From Acidobacteriota bacterium (GTDB taxonomy: Bacteria; Acidobacteriota; Thermoanaerobaculia; Gp7-AA8), in assembly GCA_019244185.1 (NCBI GenBank), contig JAFATB010000011.1, forward strand, positions 32,001-96,000: DNA of 64,000 nucleotides. The letters are read 5' to 3'. Positions 26,391 through 40,813 of this stretch are shown here, piece after piece. The translations under genes were made by a program, and so were the position numbers. Under the pieces are notes generated by a model, which had not been told where the DNA came from, made no database searches, and saw nothing but the letters and a program-made list of their open reading frames with translations. Numbering within the stretch: position 1 is the first letter of the stretch; every line of letters starts with the position of its first letter.

Positions 26391-28621
26391 CCCGTCGCAT
26401 CCTCCTCAATCTGCTCATCGCGCTCGCGTGCGCGCTCCCCGCCGTCGTCGCCGGCGCCGGTCCGCTCACGCTGCCGCATGTCGCACAGCCGCCGCGTCTC
26501 GAAGACTTCACGGCCGGCGAAGACGCGGCCACGCATACCGGCATGGCCAAAGTCACCGAGCTGCGCCAGAACGTTCCCGGCGACGGCGATCCCGTCTCGC
26601 TCGCGACCTCCGTCTACCTCGGCTACGACGCGACGAACCTCTACGTCGGCTTCGTCTGCAAGGACGACCCGAAGCTCACGCGCGCGCGCATCGTGCGGCG
26701 CGAAGAGATCTTCGGCGACGAAGGGCTGCAGATCTTCCTCGACACGTTTCACGACAAGCAGCGCGCGTACGTCTTCGCGGTCAATCCGTACGGCGTGCAG
26801 CTCGACGGCATCGTCACGGAAGGCCAGGGCTACGACTTCAACTTCGACACGCTCTGGTACTCGGAAGGTCGCATGCTGCCGGACGGCTTCGCGGCGCTGC
26901 TGCGCATTCCGTTCAAGAGCCTGCGCTTCTCGCCGGGACCGTCGCAGACGTGGGGCGTCGCGGTGTCGCGCATCATCCCGCGGCGGAACGAGTTCGCGTA
27001 CTGGCCGTACATCACCTCGCGCGTCGAAGGCTTCGTCCCGCAGTTCGCGACCATGGAGATCCCCGAGGCGATCTCGCCGGGGCGGAACTACCAGGTGATT
27101 CCGTACAGCGTGCTCACGCGCTCGCGGTTGCTCGATCAGGGCACCACGAATCCGGGGTACTTCGATACGACGCCGGGACGCATTGGACTCGACGGCAAGT
27201 TCGTGCTCAAGAACTCGCTGGCGGCGGACGTCACGATCAATCCCGACTTCAGCGAAGTCGAATCGGACGAGCCGCAGGTCATCGTCAACCAGCGCTTCGA
27301 AGTGTTCTTCCCCGAGAAAAGGCCGTTTTTCCTCGAAAACTCGGGCTTTTTCGGGACGCCGGTGAATCTCTTCTTCTCGCGCCGCATCGCCGATCCGCGT
27401 GCGGGCGCGCGCCTCACGGGACGCCTCGGACGCTGGGCCGTCGGCGGGCTGGCCATCGACGATCGCGCGGGAGGACTCTTCCTGCCGCCGGGCGATCCGG
27501 GGTTCGGCGACCGCGCGAACATCGCCGTCGCCCGCATGCAGCGTGACTTCGGGGTCGCCTCCAATGCCGGCTTCCTCTTCAGCACGCGCAACCTCGACGG
27601 ACACTCGAATCAGGTCGGCGCATTCGACGGCCGCTTCCGCATCAACGATCTCTGGTCCGCGACCGCGCAGCTCGGCGCGAGCCGCAGCGATCTGCTCGGC
27701 GCGCACAGCAGCGGCACGGTCGGCTTCCTCGGTCTCGCGCGCAGCGGACGCGCGTTCAACTACAGCGGCCAGTACTACGACGTCAGCCGCGACTTCAACG
27801 CGGACCTCGGCTTCATCCCGCGCACCGACATCCGCCAGACCACGCAGAACGCCAGCTACACGAAGTGGCGCAACAGCGACTTCTTCATCAGCCACGGACC
27901 GATCGTCGCGTCGACCGTGACGTGGGATCACAGCGGCGTGCTGCAGGACTGGAGCATCGCGCCGACCTACGACTGGACGTGGACGCGCGCCACCGATCTG
28001 CAGCTGACGTGGGAACAGTCGTACGAGCTCTTCGCGGGGCAGGAGTTCAACAAGCACTTCGGAACCATCTATCTGAAGAGCGAAGCCACGCGCTGGCTCA
28101 CCGCGCACGCGAGCTACAGCCAGGGCACGGGCGTCAACTACTTTCCCGCGAACGGCATCACGCCATTCCTCGCGGATCGCAGGCTCGCCGAAGCGGGCGT
28201 CACGCTCAGCCCCTTCTCGCGCCTGCGCTTCGACGAGACGTTCATCTACGACGATCTGCGCACCCGCGACGACGTCGCCGGCTTCGACGCGGGCACCAGC
28301 GTCTTCCGCAACCCGATCACGCGCACGAAGATCAACTACCAGTTCAACAAGCTGATGGCGGTGCGGCTCATCGTCGACACCAACGCCCTCACGCCGAACG
28401 AGCAGCTCGTCGACGCGCCGCATCTGCGCCACGTCACCGGCGATCTGCTCTTCAGCTACGTCCTCAACCCAGGAACGGTGCTCTACCTCGGATACTCGGA
28501 CAACTACGACAACGTGGCGCTTCTCGAAGGGCCGCCGCGCAACGTCGTGGCCACGCGCTCGGAGCTCAACCCGACGGCGCGCCAGTTCTTCCTCAAGGTG
28601 AGCTACCTGCTCCGCTACTAG
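26387..28621 (+). CDS. DUF5916-like outer-membrane protein (N-terminal CBM9-like domain, C-terminal beta-barrel)
   Basis: Signal peptide from ATG 26387; F.VNPYGVQLD, IPFKSLRF, TINPDFSEVESD, FPEKRPFFLE, FFSRRI; C-terminal beta-signal FFLKVSYLLRY. Confidence 0.85.
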   Translation: MTRRILLNLLIALACALPAVVAGAGPLTLPHVAQPPRLEDFTAGEDAATHTGMAKVTELRQNVPGDGDPVSLATSVYLGYDATNLYVGFVCKDDPKLTRARIVRREEIFGDEGLQIFLDTFHDKQRAYVFAVNPYGVQLDGIVTEGQGYDFNFDTLWYSEGRMLPDGFAALLRIPFKSLRFSPGPSQTWGVAVSRIIPRRNEFAYWPYITSRVEGFVPQFATMEIPEAISPGRNYQVIPYSVLTRSRLLDQGTTNPGYFDTTPGRIGLDGKFVLKNSLAADVTINPDFSEVESDEPQVIVNQRFEVFFPEKRPFFLENSGFFGTPVNLFFSRRIADPRAGARLTGRLGRWAVGGLAIDDRAGGLFLPPGDPGFGDRANIAVARMQRDFGVASNAGFLFSTRNLDGHSNQVGAFDGRFRINDLWSATAQLGASRSDLLGAHSSGTVGFLGLARSGRAFNYSGQYYDVSRDFNADLGFIPRTDIRQTTQNASYTKWRNSDFFISHGPIVASTVTWDHSGVLQDWSIAPTYDWTWTRATDLQLTWEQSYELFAGQEFNKHFGTIYLKSEATRWLTAHASYSQGTGVNYFPANGITPFLADRRLAEAGVTLSPFSRLRFDETFIYDDLRTRDDVAGFDAGTSVFRNPITRTKINYQFNKLMAVRLIVDTNALTPNEQLVDAPHLRHVTGDLLFSYVLNPGTVLYLGYSDNYDNVALLEGPPRNVVATRSELNPTARQFFLKVSYLLRY

Positions 28622-28645
28622 TCAAACGATGCCCCGGAGGAACTG

Positions 28646-31947
<3,302 letters not shown>

Positions 31948-31951
<4 letters not shown>

Positions 31952-34900
31952 CCGTGGACCCGCGTCTCAATGAGCGTTTAGCGAGTCTCTCGCCCGAGAA
32001 GCGCGCGCTGCTGCTTCAGCAAATCGCGCAGCGCGAGAAGCAGGCGAACGCGATCGCGCGCCGGCCGCGCCCCGCGCGCACCCCGCTCTCGTTCGCGCAG
32101 CAGCGCCTCTGGCTCCTCGATCAACTCGAGCCGGGCACGGCGAGCTACAACCTCGGCATCACCGCGTCGGTGCGCGGCCGCGTCGATGCCGCGCGCCTGC
32201 AACAGAGTCTCGACGCGGTCGTCGCGCGCCACGAATCACTGCGCACGACGTTCCCGTCCGAGAACGGCACGCCATGGCAGGAGATCGTGCCGTCGCTCGC
32301 GATTCCGCTGCAGCGCTTCGACGCGCGCGACCGCGCACACGCGCTCGACCTCGTGCGCGACGTCTACGCGACGCCGTTCGATCTCGCGCGCGGACCGCTC
32401 GCGCGCTTCCTGCTCATCCGCATCGGCGACGACGAGCACCTCCTCGCCGTCGCGTTTCACCACATCGTGATGGACGGCTGGTCCATCGGCGTCTTCTACC
32501 GCGAGCTGTTCGCGCTGTACGGCGGCGACACGCTCGACGAGCCGGCGCTGCAGTACGCCGACTTCGCGCTTTGGCAGCGCGAATGGCTGCAGGGCGACGT
32601 GCTCGACAAGCAGCTCGGCTACTGGAAAGACTGTCTCGCCGGCGAGCTGCCGGTGCTCGAGCTTCCGGCCTATCGCCCGCGTCCGCCCGTGCAGTCGTAT
32701 CGCGGCGAAGTCGCGCGCGTGAGCGTTCCGAACGACGTGCGGCGCGCGCTGCAGGAGCTCGCGCGGCGCGAGAACGCCACGCTCTTCATGGTTTTTCTTG
32801 CGGCGCTCAAGACGCTTTTGTTCCGTTACTCGGGACAGAGCGACGTCATCGTCGGCTCCGGCATCGCGAATCGCCACCGCCAGGAGCTCGAGCCGCTGGT
32901 CGGCTGCTTCGTCAACACGCTCGCGCTGCGCACCGACCTCGCCGGCAACCCGACGTTCCGCGAGCTGCTCGCGCGCGTCCGCGACGTCACGCTCGACGCG
33001 TACGCGCATCAGGACCTCCCGCTCGAACGCCTGCTCGAAGAGCTGCACGTCGAGCGCTCGATGAGCCGCTCGCCGCTCTTTCAGGTGATGCTCTTCTTCC
33101 AGAATCACGAGGGCTTCGCGACCAACGTTGCGGACCTCGAGCTGCGGCTCCTCGAGCTCGACGAGATCAACACCGGCACCGCGCGCACCGATCTCACGCT
33201 CTTCGTCGGCGTCGAAGCGGATCGCCTCGACGTCGTCTTCGAGTACGCGACCGATCTCTTCGACGCGGAGACGATCCGCGCGTTCGGCGCGCATCTCGTC
33301 GAGCTGCTGCGCCAGGTCGCGCGCGATCCCGAAGCGCGCGTCGGCGACGTCGTCTTCCTCTCCGATGCCGAACGCCACGAGCTCGTCGTCGCGCGCAACG
33401 CCACGCGACGCGACGTTCCCGCCGTTGCGGTGCATCGCCTCATCGAAGCGCAGGCCGCGAAGACGCCGGATGCGATCGCCGTCGTCGCGGGCAACGCGGC
33501 GCTCACGTATCGCGAGCTCGACACGCGCGCGAACGCGCTCGCCGCGGAATTGCACGCGCGCGGCATCGGGCGCGGCGATCTCGTCGGACTGCGCGCGGAC
33601 CGCGGCGTCGAACTGCTGATTGGACTCGTCGGCATTCTGAAATCGGGCGCCGCGTACGTGCCGCTCGATCCGTCGTTCCCCGAGGAGCGGCTCGCGTTCA
33701 TGATCGAAGACGCGGCGGTGAAGCTCGTCGTCGATGCGGCGATGTGCCGCATCGCGCGCGACGCCGAACGCATCGACGTCGAAGTCGATCCGAACGACCT
33801 CGCCTACGTCATCTTCACCTCGGGCTCGACGGGACGGCCGAAAGGCGTCGAGATCCCGCACGGCGCCGTCGTCAACTTCCTGCAGTCGATGGCGCGCACG
33901 CCGGGTCTCGCGGCGACCGACGTGTTCTGCGCCGTCACCACGCTCTCCTTCGACATCGCCGTGCTCGAGCTCCTGCTCCCGCTGACGGTCGGCGCGCGCG
34001 TCGTCATCGCCGATCGCGAAACCGCGGCCGACGGCATGCGCCTCGCGCGGCTCATCGCGGACAGCGGCACCACCGTCATGCAGGCAACGCCCGCGACGTG
34101 GCGCATGCTCGTCGACAGCGGCTGGAACGGCGGAGCGCATCTGAAGCTGCTGTGCGGCGGCGAGGCGCTGCCGCGCGAGCTCGCGGAGCGTTTGCTCGAT
34201 CGCTGCGGCGAGCTTTGGAATGTCTACGGCCCGACGGAAACGACAGTCTGGTCGTCGCTCGATCGCGTGACGAAGAACGACGCGATCACCATCGGCCGTC
34301 CGATCGACAACACCACGATGTACGTCGTCGACGCGCGTATGCAGCTCGTGCCCGACGGCGTCTCCGGCGAGCTGCTCATCGGCGGCGCCGGCGTCGCGCG
34401 CGGCTATCTCGCGCGTCCGGAGCTCACGCTCGAAAAGTTTATCGCCGATCCGTTCTCCGATGACGCGAACGCGCGCGTCTACCGCACCGGCGACATCGCG
34501 CGCTGTCGCCGCGACGGCCGTCTCGAAGTCCTCGGCCGCGGCGATCATCAGGTCAAGCTCCGCGGCTACCGCATCGAGCTCGGCGAGATCGAAAACGTGC
34601 TCGCGCGCCACGCGTCCGTCGTCGAATGCGTCGTCGTTGCGCGCGAAGATCGTCCCGGCGACAAGCGCCTCGTCGTGTACGTCGCCGGCGACTGCGACGC
34701 GAACGCGTTGCGCGCGCATCTGCGCGCGAGCCTGCCCGACTACATGGTGCCGTCCGCGTTCGTCGCGCTCGCCGCGTTGCCGCGCACGCCGAACGGCAAG
34801 ATCGACCGCAAGGCGCTGCCCGCGCCGGAAGCCGCCGACGTCGCCGTCGACGGCGCGCCGCGCAACGCCGACGAAGCGACGCTCGTGCAGATCTGGGCTG

Positions 34901-35184
34901 AGGTCCTCGGCACGCCGCGGCTCGGCATCCACGACGACTTCTTCGCGCACGGCGGACACTCGCTGCTCGCGACGCAGCTCATCGCGCGCGTCTCGAAATC
35001 GTTCGGCGTCGAGATTCCGCTGCGGCGGCTCTTCGATGCGCCGACGGTCGCGCAGTTCGCGGAAGCGGTCGTCGCGGAACAGCTCGCGCGCGTCGATGCG
35101 GCGGGACTCGACGCGATGCTGCTCGAGCTCGAAGGTCTTTCCGACGCGGACATTCGAGGAATGCTGGAGGCGGGATCGGCGTGA
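31948..35184 (+). CDS. Single-module NRPS 2 (docking helix-C-A-T-docking tail), probably Gly-activating
   Basis: True start is GTG 31948 or 31954 inside the long ORF; C HHIVMDG; T GGHSL; by-eye code DILQLGVVWK, close to the canonical Gly code DILQLGLIWK. Confidence 0.93.
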
Positions 35185-38100
35185 CGAACGAACCGCTCGC
35201 CGACCGGCTCGCGCGGCTCACGCCGCAACAGCGCGCGCTCCTCGCGCAGCAGCTCGCCGCGCGCGACAAAGGCGTGGTGCGCCGCGCCGATCCGCGCGCG
35301 CCGCTGCCGCTCGCGCCGGCGCAGCTGCGCATGTGGTTCCTCGAGGAACTGCAGCCCGGCACCGGCTCGTATCACGTCTATAACCACTACCGGCTGCGCG
35401 GCGCGCTCGACGTCGATGCGCTCGAACGCGCCGTGCGCGAGATCGTGCGGCGCCACGAGATGCTCCGCACGTCGTTCCACGCCGAAGACGGCGTGCCGGT
35501 GCAGGTGGTCGCGGAGAACGTCGAGCTCTTGATCGAGCGCGTCGATCTGCGCGGTGAAGCGGACCTCGACGCCCGCGCGCAGCGCATCGTCGACGACGCA
35601 ACCTTCCGTCCGTTCGATCTCGCACGCGCGCCGCTGATGCGCGTCGTGCTGGTCACGCTCCGCGACGACGAGCATCTGCTGCTGCTCGTCCTGCATCACA
35701 TCATCGCCGACGCGTGGTCGCTCGACGACGTCTTCGGCGGCGAGCTGGCCACGCTGTACAACGCGTCCGCCGCGAACGAGCCGTCTCCGCTCGCGGACGT
35801 GGCCGTGCACTTCGGCGACGTCGTGCTCTGGCAGCAGAGCGCCGCCCAACAGGCACGCGCGCAGGAACATCTGCGCTGGTGGAGTGACGAGCTGCGCGGG
35901 CTGCCCGACGCGCTCGATCTCCCGACCGATCGTCCGCGCCCGCTCGCACAGTCGTTCCGCGGCGCGCGGCACCGCTTCGCGCTCGAGAAGGAGCTGCTCG
36001 ACGCCCTGCAGGAGCTCGCGCGGCGCGAGCGCGTCACGTTGTTCATGCTCCTCCTCGCGGCCTTCGAAACGCTGCTGCATCGCTGGTCGGGGCAGGACGA
36101 CTTCGCGGTCGGCACGCCCGTGTCGACGCGCACGCGTCCGGAGATGGAGCCGGTGCTCGGGCTCTTCATCAACACCGTGGCCATTCGCGCGAGTGTCGCG
36201 GGCGATCCTACGTTTCGCGAGCTGCTCGTGCGCGTGCGCGACCGCGCGCTCGATGCGTTCGCGCATCAGGACGCGCCGTTCGAGCGCGTCGTCGAATCGC
36301 TCGGCCTCGAGCGCAGCACCAGCCGGTCGCCTGTCTATCAAACGATGCTCGTGCTCTGGAGCGGCGGCAACGTCGCGCGCGAGCTCGCCGGAATCACGCG
36401 CGAGTGGATCGAACCGGAGCAGCGCGTGTCGCGCTTCGACATGACGCTCGTCGCCGCCGCGGGCGACCGCGGTCTCGACGTGCTCTTCGACTACGCGACC
36501 GATCTCTTCGACACGCGGTCGATCGAGCGCTTCGGCCGCGCGTTCGCGACGTTACTGCGCGGCATCGTGCGCGATCCGGAACGGCGCGTCTCGCAACTGC
36601 CGCTGCTCGATGACGCCGAACGCGCGCAGGTGCTTCGCGCCTCGCGTGGCGAAACGCGCACGTGGCCGCGCACGACGCTGCATCAGCTCTTCAGCGAGCA
36701 GGCCGCCCGCACGCCCGAGGCGGACGCGATCGTCACGCCCGATCGCAGCGTCACGTACCGCGAGCTCGACATGTGGAGCGACGCCATCGCGTCCGACGTG
36801 CGCGGCGACATCGTCGCGTTCCACGCCGATCGTTCCGCCGACGCCATCGCCACGCTTCTCGGCATTCTCAAAGCGGGAGCGGCGTATCTGCCGATCGATC
36901 CGTCGACGCCCGCCGAACGCCGCGACTGGATGCTCGCCGACGCGGGCGCGGTGCTCTGGAATCGCGACAGCGACGCGCCGCGGCAGCGACGCGATGCGAA
37001 CGCCGCGTATCTCATCTACACCTCAGGCTCCACGGGACTGCCGAAAGGCGTCCTCGTCGAGCACGCGTCCGCGGTCAACCTCACGCTCGCGTTCATCGAG
37101 CTGCACGGCTTCGCCGGACATCGCGTGCTCGTGATTCCGCCGCTCGCGTTCGACGCATCCGTCGGCGACGTCTTCCCCGTGCTCGCCACGGGCGGCGCGC
37201 TTGTGCTGCATCCGTCGCCCGCGCAACTCGGCGCGGCGGAGCTCGCGGAGTTCTGCAGCGCGCGCGGCGTCACCGCGATCGACGCGCCGGCCGCACTCTG
37301 GCGCCGCTGGAGCGAAGAGTGGGTCGACATCCCCGCGCTGCGCATGATGATGGCCGGCGGCGAGAGCATCCCCGTCGAACAGGTGCGCCGCTTCGCGCGC
37401 GCGACACGCAACCGCGTCCGCTTCTTCAACCACTACGGGCCGACCGAGGCAACGGTGTGCGCGACGCTGTTCGCCACGACGGATGCGGCGGACGTGCAGG
37501 CGAGCGAGCTGCCGATCGGATTGCCGATCGCGAACGTCGCGGCGTACGTCGTCGATCGCAATCTCGAGCCGGTGCCCGATGGCGTCGCCGGCGAGCTTTG
37601 CCTCGGCGGCGCGGGCGTTTCGCGCGGCTATCTCGGACGTCGCGAACAGACGGCCGAACGCTTCGTCGCCGATCCGTTCAGCGACGTGGCGGGCGCGCGC
37701 ATGTACCGCACCGGCGACGTCGTGCGCCGCCAGAACGACGGCACGCTGCTTTTCCTCGGCCGCAGCGATCGGCAACTGAAACTGCGCGGCTTCCGCATCG
37801 AGCCGGGCGAGATCGAAGCGGCGATCCTCGCGTTCGGTGACATCCGCGGCGCGTTCGTCACGCTGCGCGAGCATCGGCTCGTCGCGTACGTCGTCGGCAG
37901 TTTCGACGCCGCCGCGTTGCGTGCGTTCCTGCAGGAGCGGCTGCCGGAGTACATGGTGCCTTCGGCGTTCGTCGCGCTCGACGCGCTGCCGCTCACGTCG
38001 AACGGCAAAGTCGATCAGCGCGCGCTGCCGGAGCCTCCGGTTGCGAGCGACCGCGCGATCGTCGCGCCGCGCAACGAGACCGAGGCCGCGCTCGTCGACA

Positions 38101-39473
38101 TTTGGCGCGCATTGCTGCGCGTCGACACGATCGGCGTCGACGACGACTTCTTCGAGCTCGGCGGCGACTCGCTGAAAACGATGCCGCTCGTCGTCCGCAT
38201 CCGCGAGCGCTTCGGCGTCTCGCTCCCGCTCGCCTCCATCTTCCAGTCGCCGACCGTCGCGCGCCTCGCGCAGCTCATCACCGGCGAGGCGAAGCTCGAA
38301 ACGATCTCGCTCGAGTCGCGCATCGGCGAGCCGATCGTGGCGGAGCCGGACGCGCTTCCCGCGACCTTCGCGCCGCCGCGCCACGTGCTGCTCACCGGCG
38401 CCACCGGCTTCCTCGGCGCGTTCCTGCTCCACGAACTGCTGCGCACGACGGATGCGGACATCGTCTGCCTCGTGCGCGCGAAGGACGACGCCGAAGGACG
38501 CGCGCGCATCGACAAGAACCTTGCCGCGTACGGATTGCGCGGCGATGCCTCGCGCATTCGCATCGTGCGCGGCGATCTCGCGCAGCCGCGGCTCGGCGTC
38601 GACGCCGACACGTGGGAACGCCTCGCGCGCGAGCTCGACGTCATCGTCCACAACGGCTCGACGGTCAGCTTCGTCACGCCGTACGAGAAGCTCGCCGCGG
38701 CGAACGTCGGCGGCACGCGCGAAGTGCTCCGTCTCGCGGGACGCGCGCGCATCAAGCCGGTGCACTTCGTCTCGACGCTCAGCGCGATCGACTTCGCGGC
38801 GGACGTCGTGAGCGACCGCGATCCGCTGCCGCCCGGCGAGCGCGTCGAAGGCGGCTACAACCAGAGCAAGTGGGTCGCGGACCGCATCGCCCAGGACGCG
38901 CGGGCGGGCGGTATTCCGGTGTCGATCCATCGCCCCGCGCGCGTCACCGGCGACAGCCGCACCGGCGCGTGGAACCACGCCGATCTTTTCCCGTCGTGGA
39001 TCAAGGCGTGCGTGCAGCTCGGTCTCATTCCGGAGAGTGATGCGGCGCTGAACATGACGCCGGTCGACTTCCTCGCCGCGGCGATCGTCCGGCTCGCGCT
39101 CGACCCGAACGCGCGGAACGGCACGTATCACTTCTTCAACAACCGCACGATGCCGCTCGCGCGCTTCGCCGACGCGTTGCGCGCGAAAGGCTTCGCGATC
39201 GAGAGCGTCCCCTACGCGACGTGGCGGCGCGCGCTCGTCGAGGCGATCGGCCGCGGCGACGACAACGCCCTCGCGCCGTTCATCGCGCTCTTTCCCGAGG
39301 AAGACGACAGCCGCGAGCCGCGCTTCGACACCGCGCACACCGACGACACGCTCGCCGCGCTCGGCCTCGTCTGTCCCGCCGCCGACGAGGCGCTCGTCTC
39401 CACGTACCTCGACTTCTTCATCGCGCGCGGGTTTCTGCCCGCGCCGCTTGCGGTCATCGGAGGCGAACGCTGA
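35181..39473 (+). CDS. Terminal NRPS 3 (docking helix-C-A-T-thioester reductase R)
   Basis: C HHIIADA; T LGGDSL; R domain TGATGFLG and YNQSK; by-eye code DAGDMGHVCK. Confidence 0.95.
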   Translation: MTNEPLADRLARLTPQQRALLAQQLAARDKGVVRRADPRAPLPLAPAQLRMWFLEELQPGTGSYHVYNHYRLRGALDVDALERAVREIVRRHEMLRTSFHAEDGVPVQVVAENVELLIERVDLRGEADLDARAQRIVDDATFRPFDLARAPLMRVVLVTLRDDEHLLLLVLHHIIADAWSLDDVFGGELATLYNASAANEPSPLADVAVHFGDVVLWQQSAAQQARAQEHLRWWSDELRGLPDALDLPTDRPRPLAQSFRGARHRFALEKELLDALQELARRERVTLFMLLLAAFETLLHRWSGQDDFAVGTPVSTRTRPEMEPVLGLFINTVAIRASVAGDPTFRELLVRVRDRALDAFAHQDAPFERVVESLGLERSTSRSPVYQTMLVLWSGGNVARELAGITREWIEPEQRVSRFDMTLVAAAGDRGLDVLFDYATDLFDTRSIERFGRAFATLLRGIVRDPERRVSQLPLLDDAERAQVLRASRGETRTWPRTTLHQLFSEQAARTPEADAIVTPDRSVTYRELDMWSDAIASDVRGDIVAFHADRSADAIATLLGILKAGAAYLPIDPSTPAERRDWMLADAGAVLWNRDSDAPRQRRDANAAYLIYTSGSTGLPKGVLVEHASAVNLTLAFIELHGFAGHRVLVIPPLAFDASVGDVFPVLATGGALVLHPSPAQLGAAELAEFCSARGVTAIDAPAALWRRWSEEWVDIPALRMMMAGGESIPVEQVRRFARATRNRVRFFNHYGPTEATVCATLFATTDAADVQASELPIGLPIANVAAYVVDRNLEPVPDGVAGELCLGGAGVSRGYLGRREQTAERFVADPFSDVAGARMYRTGDVVRRQNDGTLLFLGRSDRQLKLRGFRIEPGEIEAAILAFGDIRGAFVTLREHRLVAYVVGSFDAAALRAFLQERLPEYMVPSAFVALDALPLTSNGKVDQRALPEPPVASDRAIVAPRNETEAALVDIWRALLRVDTIGVDDDFFELGGDSLKTMPLVVRIRERFGVSLPLASIFQSPTVARLAQLITGEAKLETISLESRIGEPIVAEPDALPATFAPPRHVLLTGATGFLGAFLLHELLRTTDADIVCLVRAKDDAEGRARIDKNLAAYGLRGDASRIRIVRGDLAQPRLGVDADTWERLARELDVIVHNGSTVSFVTPYEKLAAANVGGTREVLRLAGRARIKPVHFVSTLSAIDFAADVVSDRDPLPPGERVEGGYNQSKWVADRIAQDARAGGIPVSIHRPARVTGDSRTGAWNHADLFPSWIKACVQLGLIPESDAALNMTPVDFLAAAIVRLALDPNARNGTYHFFNNRTMPLARFADALRAKGFAIESVPYATWRRALVEAIGRGDDNALAPFIALFPEEDDSREPRFDTAHTDDTLAALGLVCPAADEALVSTYLDFFIARGFLPAPLAVIGGER

Positions 39474-40813
39474 TGGCTCTGAACGGCGCACGCGCATTTC
39501 TCGCCGTCTGGATCGGCCAGCTCGTCTCCGTCGTCGGCTCGCGTCTGTCGACGTTCGCGCTCGGCATCTGGGTGCTGCGCGAAACCGGTTCGACGACGAG
39601 CTACGCGTTCATCTTCGTATGCGCCGCCGTGCCCGCGCTGCTGCTCGTGCCGTTCGCCGGCGCGCTCGTCGATCGCTGGGACCGGCGCCGCGTGATGCTC
39701 GCGTGCGATGCGATCTGCGGCGCGACGATGCTCGTGCTCGCGGCGCTCCTCGCCACGCATCGCATCGCGCTGTGGCACATCTACGCCGGCGCCGCGGTGC
39801 AGGCATTCGCGAACGCGTTCCAGATGCCGGCGTACATGGCCAGCATCCCGCTGCTCGTTCCGAAGGAGCATCTCGCGCGCGCGAACGGCCTCGTGCAGAC
39901 GGCGTTCGCGACCTCGCTCATGCTCGGCCCCGCGCTGGCCGGCGTGCTGGTCACGCTCGTCGCGCTGCCGGGCGTGCTCGTCATCGACGGCGCGACTTTC
40001 TTCGCCGCGGTGATCGCGCTGACGCTCGTGCGCATCCCGCGTCCGCCGCGCGATCCGAACGAAGCGCCCGGCGCATTGCTGCACGAGGCGGCGGAAGGGT
40101 GGCGGTTCGTCCGCGATCGGCGTGGCCTCATCGGACTGCTCGCCATCTTCGGCACGACGAACTTTCTCTTCGGGATGCTCAGCATCCTCATCACCCCGCT
40201 CGTGCTCTCGTTCGCGAACGCCGCGCAGCTCGGCATGCAGATGTCGATCGGCGGCGCGGGACTCTTTCTCGGCGGCCTGGCCATGAGCACGTGGGGCGGT
40301 CCGAAGACGCGCATCCACGGCGTGCTCGCGTCGGTGATCGTCGCCGGCGTCTTTCTCGCGCTGCACGGCCTCTTGCCGTCGATCGCATTCGTCTCCGCGG
40401 CGGGCTTCTTCTTCTTCCTCACCGTTCCCGTGATGAACGCGTCGCAGGACGCGATCTGGCAGACCAAAGTCCCGGCCGAGCTGCAGGGCCGCTGCTTTGC
40501 GATCCAGCGCGTGCTGTCCGAGGCGGCGATGCCGGTGGGGTTTGTGCTCGCGGGACCGCTCGCGGATCGCGTGTTCGAGCCGCTGCTCGCGCCGCACGGC
40601 GCGCTCGCGTCGTCCATCGGCCGCGTCATCGGGACCGGCGCGGGTCGCGGCATCGCGCTGATGTTCATCGTCGCCGGCGTCGCCATAACGCTCGCCGGCA
40701 TCACCGGCTACTCCATCCGTCCGCTGCGTCGCGTCGAGCAGGAGCTCGATGACGCGCCGCTCGCGGACGACCGTTCTCTCGTTCAACCGTTGCAGCCTCT
40801 GGAGGAGTTATGA
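39473..40813 (+). CDS. MFS exporter (DHA3/macrolide-efflux-like, NRPS-associated)
   Basis: Start ATG 39473 (TGATG overlap); WIGQLVS..GS, AGALVDRWDRR, WQTKVP.ELQGR, GTGAGRGIALMF. Confidence 0.9.
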   Translation: MALNGARAFLAVWIGQLVSVVGSRLSTFALGIWVLRETGSTTSYAFIFVCAAVPALLLVPFAGALVDRWDRRRVMLACDAICGATMLVLAALLATHRIALWHIYAGAAVQAFANAFQMPAYMASIPLLVPKEHLARANGLVQTAFATSLMLGPALAGVLVTLVALPGVLVIDGATFFAAVIALTLVRIPRPPRDPNEAPGALLHEAAEGWRFVRDRRGLIGLLAIFGTTNFLFGMLSILITPLVLSFANAAQLGMQMSIGGAGLFLGGLAMSTWGGPKTRIHGVLASVIVAGVFLALHGLLPSIAFVSAAGFFFFLTVPVMNASQDAIWQTKVPAELQGRCFAIQRVLSEAAMPVGFVLAGPLADRVFEPLLAPHGALASSIGRVIGTGAGRGIALMFIVAGVAITLAGITGYSIRPLRRVEQELDDAPLADDRSLVQPLQPLEEL

